A stretch of DNA of 56,998 nt. Source: Rozella allomycis CSF55 (Eukaryota). The position numbers and the translations under genes are program-made. The stretch covers positions 555,607 through 612,604 of the forward strand of contig KE561209.1 of assembly GCA_000442015.1 (NCBI GenBank), given 5' to 3'. Below are positions 49,017 through 56,998 of the stretch, piece after piece. The notes beneath the pieces were generated by a model. That model was not told the DNA's origin and did not search any database. It worked only from the letters and a program-made list of their open reading frames with translations. Each line of letters begins with the position of its first letter. Position 1 is the stretch's first letter.

Positions 49017-51212
49017 ATGCAGCGACTTACCCCATATAGAAAGCCAGTGTTTCCGGTTGTGTATCCCCAAAATGCTTTCGTGAACTGTATTGTAGATAAT
49101 AAATTCAGATCTGCTATCGTATTAGAAGATAAAGGGGGCTCACTAAAGATCAAATTGGAGGAATCGTACAATGACAAGGCAATATTTTTTGTATCGAAAA
49201 GGTCGGTTCTATTTTATTTTAAACCGGATGAATACCAAAAGAAACTAAAAAGATTTAATTACAAGCAGTTGCTGAAGAAGGATGAGAAATTTTATGCTGA
49301 TCTCTGGAATATCGGTATTAAAGAAAGCAGTCATTGGCTTTCACCTTACCAAATCAGTGAATATTTATGCGGATCTGAAAATTTTGAACATTCATATACA
49401 GCTTTTAAATATTTAATTGGTGAACCGCTTTATTACAATCAGTCATTGTTTTCGAAAGGTTCTTTTTATTGTAGAACAGAAGAAGATATTAAAATGATTG
49501 AAGAAACAATAAAGTTTTATGAAAATAATCCAGAAATCGTAGAATCTTTAAAGAAGAATATTAGTGCAATGTTTGGAAGGTTCATTCAAGGGAAAGAAGT
49601 TGTTTGGATCAAGTTTACGTCAGGTGAAAGATTATTAGTTGAAGCTTTATATGATTATATTTGTTCTGATGATTTGCAGCAAATAAGACACCCGTACAAG
49701 AAAATATTTAAAGAGCTGTGTTCGCCCTTGTGTAATGATCACATGTTACTTGTTTCCTTTTTCCACAAAGCAAAGGTATTTGATATTTATAGAGAACGAT
49801 ACATGGGCATTGATACTTTCTCTACCAATAAATTTCCCGTATACGAAAAACACGTACATAAAGCGATAGATAATAAAGAGTCGAATGCTGTAGCCAAATC
49901 AGATCCTCTATTTCCATTTTCAATGGATAATCTAAGGCATGACTTTGGAAATATGCCTGCTTTTGCAATTGATAGTTTGGAAGCGAGTGAAATTGATGAT
50001 TCTATTTCTATTGAAGTAACAGACGATCATTGTACTTGGATTCATGTTCACATTGCAGATCCAACTTACTTATTGTCACCTAAAAGCAAATTGACATTAT
50101 TTGGACAGCGAAGGGCTACTACAATGTACTTTCCTACTGGACATATTCCTTTGTTTCCAAAGACCTTTACCCAGATGTTTTCATTAGACTCTGGCAAAAT
50201 TAATAAATGCATAACTTTCAGCTATCAAGTTGATTCGAATGGAGAAATCATAGACAGAAAAATACGACTCTCTGTTGTCTCAAATCTAAAAAGAATAACG
50301 TATGATGAAGTTGATTCAATTTTAGAGTCATATGCTCAAAATGAAAATTATAACATATTCAAGCAAATGTTAAACGTAGCTGGAAGGTTAAAACATAGAA
50401 GGTTTCTCAATAATGCCAGAGATTATGATTTGCCTAAAATTAAACCTAAAATAAGCAAAATTGGTGAGTCTGTAGTCATTAAATTGGTTAGTGAAAAAGA
50501 TACACCTTCCAAGCTAATCGTTACAGAATTGATGATAGCAGCTAATTATTCTGCTTCTGCATTTGCCAATGAACATAAACTACCATATTTGCATCGACTT
50601 CAACCAGACAATAGCTTTGACTTTAATCAAGTCTCTTGCATCTTAAATTCTGATCAATCAATATCATGGAAATTTGTAAATATGCTAAACCTTTTCCCTT
50701 TTATTCCTCACGCCATCGATACAGTCAATTTCGCTCCACATGTTTCCCTTGGAATAGGATGTTATTCCAGAGTAACTTCACCGCTCAGAAGATTTACAGA
50801 CATTATTAATCATTTCCAAATTAAAGCATCATTATCTAACAAAGCATTAGCCTATTATAATGCGGATTTACAGCCGATTTCAGAGTATATGAATTCGATG
50901 AATCTTTACGCTAAAACTATTGAAAAACAGACAGGATTTTATTGGACAATTCATTTGTTACTTCAAAAATTAAACATTTCAAAAACTATAACGAAAACAC
51001 CTTTAATGGCAAAAGGATGGATTGTTCCCTCCAATTTAGACAATGAAGAAAAGGCTCCAAACACTATTAGAGTCTTTTTACATGAATACGGCATGGTNNN
51101 NNNNNNNNNNNNNNNNNNNNNNNNGTATGAAGCAGCCGAGGAAGTTAATGTGCAAATTCTTAAAGCTGATCCCTTTAAGATGAATGTTTTGGCGGCATTT
51201 GTAAAAAAATAA
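49017..51212 (+). CDS. DSS1: RNase II (RNB) exoribonuclease, Dss1/CYT-4-like
   Basis: AIDSLEASEIDDSIS, WIHVHIADP, ELMIAAN, YSRVTSPLRRFTDIINHFQI. Confidence 0.8.
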   Translation: MQRLTPYRKPVFPVVYPQNAFVNCIVDNKFRSAIVLEDKGGSLKIKLEESYNDKAIFFVSKRSVLFYFKPDEYQKKLKRFNYKQLLKKDEKFYADLWNIGIKESSHWLSPYQISEYLCGSENFEHSYTAFKYLIGEPLYYNQSLFSKGSFYCRTEEDIKMIEETIKFYENNPEIVESLKKNISAMFGRFIQGKEVVWIKFTSGERLLVEALYDYICSDDLQQIRHPYKKIFKELCSPLCNDHMLLVSFFHKAKVFDIYRERYMGIDTFSTNKFPVYEKHVHKAIDNKESNAVAKSDPLFPFSMDNLRHDFGNMPAFAIDSLEASEIDDSISIEVTDDHCTWIHVHIADPTYLLSPKSKLTLFGQRRATTMYFPTGHIPLFPKTFTQMFSLDSGKINKCITFSYQVDSNGEIIDRKIRLSVVSNLKRITYDEVDSILESYAQNENYNIFKQMLNVAGRLKHRRFLNNARDYDLPKIKPKISKIGESVVIKLVSEKDTPSKLIVTELMIAANYSASAFANEHKLPYLHRLQPDNSFDFNQVSCILNSDQSISWKFVNMLNLFPFIPHAIDTVNFAPHVSLGIGCYSRVTSPLRRFTDIINHFQIKASLSNKALAYYNADLQPISEYMNSMNLYAKTIEKQTGFYWTIHLLLQKLNISKTITKTPLMAKGWIVPSNLDNEEKAPNTIRVFLHEYGMXXXXXXXXXXYEAAEEVNVQILKADPFKMNVLAAFVKK

Positions 51213-51277
51213 ATTAAATAAATGTCTAATCACAATTTATTTTATATTTAATACATTTTAAACAAAATTCACTTTAA

Positions 51278-52107
51278 TCATTCAATCAAAGTTTCATCTA
51301 GATCAATGCCTTCAAGCGGCAGCATTTCACTATCGTATTTATTCACTTCTCTCTTGACTCTTACGTAAATGTAATATGTTGTAACAACCATTAATATAAA
51401 TCCAACCAAAAGTGCAATCATCGTTCTTGAATCAAAATTGGTGGCATGTAGCAAAGATTCCACCGATGATCCAATATATACATAGTATGCAGTTTTAATG
51501 GAGCTTATANTTATACATGTAGCAAGTATATAATTAGAAAATGATGTGCTTGAAATTGCTAAAATGCTATTAGTGATGCTACATTCAATAAATTTAATCC
51601 AGGTACCTAAAAGGCCATGGCGCTAACCTAATCAATAATATCATCTAAATTGTATTTGCAAAATAATTTTACCCGAAAGCCGTCATTATCTATCGCTCTT
51701 CTGGCAGCGACCATCAACTTTTTGCTTCCATACTTTCTCATTATAATACCACGACCATATCTTCTAACAAGAGTAAAAACAATAACAGCCCCAATAATAG
51801 CACCACAGTACGCAGGAATCAGTCCTAGCGGGAATCCCAATACAAATCCACACAACGTCAACGACGCAGAAAATCCAATAGTAAATGGAAAGGTGGTAAA
51901 AATAACAATAGACCCCAATGATAATATTTTTCTAAATAATTTCTTTTTTCCACTTTACGTTGGTCCGTCAAAAGATCGCAGCTTTGTTCCAAGATCTGTT
52001 AGAAATACTTTAACAGTATGGCCAATTTGCGTTGTAAGAAGGTATACTATAAATATCAGGGTAAAAAATGCGACAACCAGTGCTCCGGCTTGCAAAGGCC
52101 GAACCAT
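51278..52107 (-). CDS. TVP38: TVP38/TMEM64 (VTT/DedA) membrane protein
   Basis: FTTFPFTIGFSASLTLCGFVLGFPLG..GAVIVFTLVR; YVYIGS. Confidence 0.85.
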
Positions 52108-52155
52108 CAAAACTTGTAAATTTCAGAGTTTATTTTTGGCGGTCGAATTTTTGCA

Positions 52156-53198
52156 ATGGAAGATATCAAGAATATTTACAATTTCAAAAGACCAAAATTA
52201 ATAAAACTTTGTAAAAAGTATAACATCAAAGCTACTGGGTCGGTAAAGCATCAACGTTTTGCGGTATTTATAGAATGCAAGCTTGATTGATCTGATAAAA
52301 GGAGTGATAGTAAATGGTATAGAATCAAATCAGAAATCTGGATCGCCTGTTAGATTGGAATATACATCAACTGGCAAATCAAATAGATTGTCTTTGTATC
52401 CCAAAGTTGAGACATTCCAGAATGCTGAAGTATCTGATATTGTAACCGAAAATATCGCTGAATTGAAAACTCCAAATGTAAAAAGATCAAGAAAAGATAT
52501 GGAAGACGAATCAGATGATTATCACACTGCGGACGAAGCCAAATTAGAAAACAACAAAGCATTTGAATCACCAGTATTGAAAAAATCTCCAGCAGTCAAG
52601 GTCGATAGACTTGTTACCAAAACGCCTGTTTCCAGGAGAGAAACGCTTACAAAGTATGATCAATGTGCTTTTATTTACTGTAGAAGAAAATTGTCGTATG
52701 CAGAGAAAATGGATAGAATTCACCAAAAAGAGTTTAACAAGTATATACCATGCACCTATATTTTAGAATGACTCCTTTGAAATCTGCTGTACAAAAGAGC
52801 ATTGAGTCCACAGCAACACCACTAGCTAACACAAAGAAAATGGAAATAATTGGAACACCATTAAAATATACACCGAAAGTTAGTAAGGAAAAGTTAGAAG
52901 TAGATTCAAAATTAAAAAATACATTTACGCCTGTAAAGCCTGACGTTATTACGTCCAACATGGAGAAAATTGTACCGGCGATTAAAGAGGTTGGGACTCC
53001 ATTAAAGAAGATGAAAATAGCGATAGGTAAATTAGAGATGGTAATGAGACATAGATATCCCTGAAACGAAAAAGAAATTTGATCTTAAAGCATCACTAGC
53101 CAGACCATTGACATACAAACCACACAAAGGTAAACTTTCTTGTTTGAAACCAGAAAGGTCCATTGAAGAAATATCAAGATTCATCCCGGAAAAAATAA
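52156..53198 (+). CDS. NuSAP-like protein (SAP-like N-terminus, C-terminal FDLKASL motif)
   Basis: LIKLCKKYNIKATG; RIHQKEFNK; KKKFDLKASLARPLTYKPHKG. Confidence 0.7.
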
Positions 53199-53233
53199 AT
53201 AGAATAGTGCAAAAAGTTTATATAATTGTTAAA

Positions 53234-54060
53234 TTACCATTCGAAATCTCCAGTCATTTTGTTAAACATGTATTCCTTTTGGTTTAAATGAAGAATCCCT
53301 TCTTTAAATGCACACCTCCATCTATTTTTAGTTCTTTGAACCTTTTAAATTTAAAGGTAAAGTTTACCCTTTCAAACTGACACATGATAAAATTTTCAGT
53401 TCCAGGCTCTTCATCGTCAGAAGAATCGAGATCAGAACCAAGATCATCTCCGCCAGCATTTATTGGCGCTAGTTCATCCAATGGAACGCCATCATCGTTA
53501 TCGAATCCGAAATCATCATCCTCGTCCAACTCGCTAGCTCCATCTCTCTGAGGAATTTGTCCACTCTTATTTGCAGCCTTTTTTGATTGTTGAGCAGCGG
53601 CTTTTGTTAATCCTCTAACCCCAATTTTTACCTAAAAGTTTCGAGAGTGATGCTTGAGTTAATCCAGGAGCCATTGCGGACATTGACATGGAAGCGACAG
53701 ATGTACCACCCATCATTTCATTTAAAAGGGCAGTGTTCTATAATTTGCATGGTAATGCATTACTGGGATATAATCTGGATCTTTTGTATGCTCGGTGACT
53801 TGCTCTTGTTCAACAAAGGTCATTCCAAACGAACTTGAGGCTTGTAATACTCTTGATTCAGTTAGTTTATTTAACCAGAGCTGTTATATTAGATTATATC
53901 AACAAGTACTTGTCGCATGTCCATTAAAACTGTTTCATCTATTCCAGCATTTAAAAATGCGTCGCGTGACTTTTTAGTGACATCTTCTATAATTTCTTGA
54001 TATAAGATTTCCTATAAAACGGAAACCCTGTATTATTACAGTTTCGTGAAGGGCGTTCAT
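53234..54060 (-). CDS. TOA1: TFIIA large (alpha/beta) subunit
   Basis: LYQEIIEDV..GIDETVL..LWLNKL; LGSDLD..NFIMCQFER|VQRTKNRWRC..GDFEW. Confidence 0.95.
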
Positions 54061-54291
54061 ATCGACCGGGGTTTTNTATCGACAGGGGTTTTATAGGGTG
54101 AACCGTGAAATAGATGTGAAAGAATGAATAGAACAGTATTAATTTTTCAGTGACGATGGAATAAGTATAGACCATACAACTACCTTTTTATTGACATGGT
54201 AAGATCGTGAACAAAATGGATTTTCATCATGTATCTAGACCAAATATTTAAACATTCTATGATCATTAGATTGTATATGAAATATAGTTTA

Positions 54292-55998
54292 TTACAAAGT
54301 AAGATAATCTTGAAAGGAGATATATTCTCCATCTATTTCCTCAGTACTATCGGGTACTATTGGTTCAAAAGAAAACTTTAATTTTTTGAGGTAAACTTTC
54401 CTGATCCTTTCCGCTAACTGGCGAGATTCATCATCCAAATTTGAATTTGAATTAGTGAAACTTTCTTGGCCAAAAGATTTAAACTTCTTTTTTGGCTCTG
54501 CTTCTTGTTCTGTAGATTTTTGTGTTGTTTTATTTGATTCTGTTTCTGTTAACAATGTGTAAAAACTTTTTAATTTCTGATCTTGGAATATTGACCAAGA
54601 TTCCCAAACATTTAATACATGAATTACTTTCATCTATTTAAATGAAAACAATTTTCATTACTCTACTTAATTCTCTGGTCTTTTCGTCTGTCATTGAAAA
54701 AATATCGTTTCTAAAAGCGTTGAATATTTTATCGAGAGAATTTTCGATTCTAAATCAAAAGATCAATCAATTTAAACCTTAAACGGTATTTCCAAGCTTT
54801 TGAAATTTCTGCTCCAGCATTGTGAAGAATATCGCTAGCAACGTAGAGTCTCGCCAATCGTTTTTCAAAAGTTGAAATTTCTTTGCAGATTGAAGAAATT
54901 AAAATATCTGAAATAGAATCTGAAAATGAACTATTCTTTATACAGAAAACCATTAAATCAGAAATTGAAGTTCTATTTAAATCGACATTTCTAATCATTT
55001 CCATTAATTGTTTCAACAATCCATCATTAAATTCTGGTAGCTTTTTAGTTTCTAAAATAACTTCAATTTCATCTTCAGAATCCTCATCAAATGATTCCTT
55101 TTCCATGTCCATGTCAGGTGGATTCCAAAAAACTCCATCGTGAAACATTTTAAAACTTTCTTCTCTCCATCTATCAATTTTATCCCCTTGAAGAATAGAA
55201 TACAACTTCCATCTATAATAAACATTTTCTTTAGAATTTTGGTCACTTAAAAAGAAGTATTTCTCTGGGTTTCTTTTCATCAAAGATTGCTTTGAATAAT
55301 CATTAAACTAATTTACTTCAAATTGATGTCCATATTTCAAAACGTACTCTATCGTTCTATGAATTATTCTTCTGATTTTAATATTGGGAATTTCTACATC
55401 TACCGCTTTCAACGATTGATTAGGTAAATGAGTGGCTTTTATTCTATTCACACCAAGACTAGAATGTTCTATTAAACTATTTTAAATTCTTTACTATANT
55501 TAAACTCTTTACTATAAAGAGGTACCATAGGCACTCCAGATTGCGGTCCCCATTTCAAAGCGATTCTCTGATTATGAAACAAATGACCTTTCAATCCAAT
55601 CTATGCATGTTACCATTCATTCTATCAAACGCTTCATATGAATCCTGATTGTTCATATACACAATACACCAAATTCCATTCTCAAAAGACAAATTGCCAA
55701 TCGCACCAAATCTGCCAAACTCATCCAACAAATCATCCTTTGTAATAGATTCCGGAACGTTAAACACAAAAAATATATTCGAGGGCTCATCTATCTTTAC
55801 TCTTTTACCATTTTCTACTACACAACCAATAAACCACCTACTTGTTGCCGAAGTCTCTATCAAATCCTGCAAAGCAGCCTCCATCTCTGCATTTCGCTTT
55901 TTATAAACTTTATCATGCCTAACCTTCACCTCTTCCACATCTTCCTCATCGCTCTGTTCAAAAATGGCCCGACCTTTCATTTCAGAAATTCCAGCCAT
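54292..55998 (-). CDS. U2SURP: U2SURP/SR140 (RRM, SURP, CID)
   Basis: IIHRTIEYVLKYGHQFE; YYRWKLYSILQGD; RLARLYVASDILHN. Confidence 0.92.
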
Positions 55999-56998
55999 AT
56001 GAAGCACCTTTCCAAACGATCAATTCCAATCTTCTCCCTATGTCTCCTTTTCATCGCCTATTATCTAATATTCATTCATCCATCTCCAAACACACACGTC
56101 TCATTGCTCAGAGTGCACGACTATTCTCTCCTATCTCACGAGCCAACAGAAGAAACGATGTTCAAAATCCTGATTGAAAGAATCAAGACATACAAGACGT
56201 ACACAGCAGACATTGAAGCGTCATTCGACAACTGCCCCGTCAAATTCGGCCGCGACGCGGTATCCGACTGGTACATCCACTACTGGCGCAAACTAGAACA
56301 CAAGCTCTTCCCATGGCTGCAGCCAACTTACGCCTCTGCCGCATCTCTGCGCGACAGCTACAAAGGCTACGGCATCGTCATCTGCGTATCCGACCACCAC
56401 GTGCGGATGGCCTACACCCTTTTGCGTATCCTGCGCGAGGTTCTGCACTGCCAGCTCCCAGTCGAAATCGTCTACCTGGGCTACTACGACCTGTGGATCA
56501 CGTACCGCGAGATGTTCGAGACGATTCCCAATGTAGTCACAAAGGACCTGCAAATGTATTTCGACAATCAAATTTTGAAGCTAAAAGGCTGGGCCGTCAA
56601 GCCGTTTGCAATGCTCGTGTCGTCGTTTGAGCATGCAATGCTGGTCGACGCTGATGTGGTTTTCATGCAGGATCCAGCGAAACTGTTTGCGAGTGCAATG
56701 TACAAGGAGAGTGGGGCGCTGTTTTTTCATGACCGGACAATGTTCGTGCCGTCTAGAGAGACAAAGGAGTGGCTGGACAGGTATGTTCCGCGCAATGAGC
56801 AGACTGACGAGCTGAGGATAATGAAGGGATTGACAGCACACGAAATGGAGTCTGGCGTAGTTTTGATTGACAAGAAGCGCCATTTTCTGCCGCTGCTGAT
56901 GGTGTGTGCACTTAATGGCGATGCGGAGCGCGGTGTTTTGTATAAACTGTTTCATGGAGACAAGGAATCGTTTTGGATTGGGTTTTCGATAATGAATG
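55999..56998 (+). CDS. GT71 alpha-1,3-mannosyltransferase (MNN1/MNT family); runs off the window edge
   Basis: Type II TM N-terminus; GIVI, LPVEIVYLG, GWAVKPFAMLVSSFE..DAD, LFFHDRT, ESGVVLIDK, HGDKESFW. Confidence 0.92.
   Translation, partial: MKHLSKRSIPIFSLCLLFIAYYLIFIHPSPNTHVSLLRVHDYSLLSHEPTEETMFKILIERIKTYKTYTADIEASFDNCPVKFGRDAVSDWYIHYWRKLEHKLFPWLQPTYASAASLRDSYKGYGIVICVSDHHVRMAYTLLRILREVLHCQLPVEIVYLGYYDLWITYREMFETIPNVVTKDLQMYFDNQILKLKGWAVKPFAMLVSSFEHAMLVDADVVFMQDPAKLFASAMYKESGALFFHDRTMFVPSRETKEWLDRYVPRNEQTDELRIMKGLTAHEMESGVVLIDKKRHFLPLLMVCALNGDAERGVLYKLFHGDKESFWIGFSIMN

Noticed and set aside
56293-56955. Several ORFs on both strands
   Set aside because: Shadows of the GT71 reading frame, which the ORF track omits because it runs off the window

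Overview
Eukaryotic, AT-rich, very gene-dense window with tiny GT-AG introns (mostly about 26-30 nt). It carries flagellar genes (CFAP61, CFAP96) and fungal-type genes (Ctk3, GT71, Dss1), consistent with an early-diverging zoosporic fungus or cryptomycete such as Rozella (inference, not proven). Housekeeping genes include LENG8/THP3, F-BAR/HR1/SH3, UPF2, VPS39, profilin, an SLC19 transporter, TTC14, VAP, RBM26, MED10, ATG10, a DDT-WHIM protein, MIC26/27, INO80B, a PPR protein, SET1, ZRSR2, ZNF207, Dss1, TVP38, TFIIA, U2SURP and GT71. About 24.7-36.5 kb is partly a mosaic of short contigs joined by single N bases, with allelic duplicates and scrambled order. Best candidates for novelty: (1) a spliced in-frame Ctk3-like (CID + CTK3_C) / Eyes-absent HAD phosphatase fusion that the ORF track does not show as one gene; (2) a cAMP-receptor-like 7TM GPCR with a C-terminal SH3 domain; (3) an intronless Crinkler-like NTPase + REase gene lying between decayed host-gene copies; (4) a secreted Tyr/Lys/His/Gly-rich family sharing a FY(V/I)PYRVYDFYGHP motif; (5) a NuSAP-like gene outside animals. 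All gene models were spliced by eye and family assignments rest on remembered motifs, not database searches.
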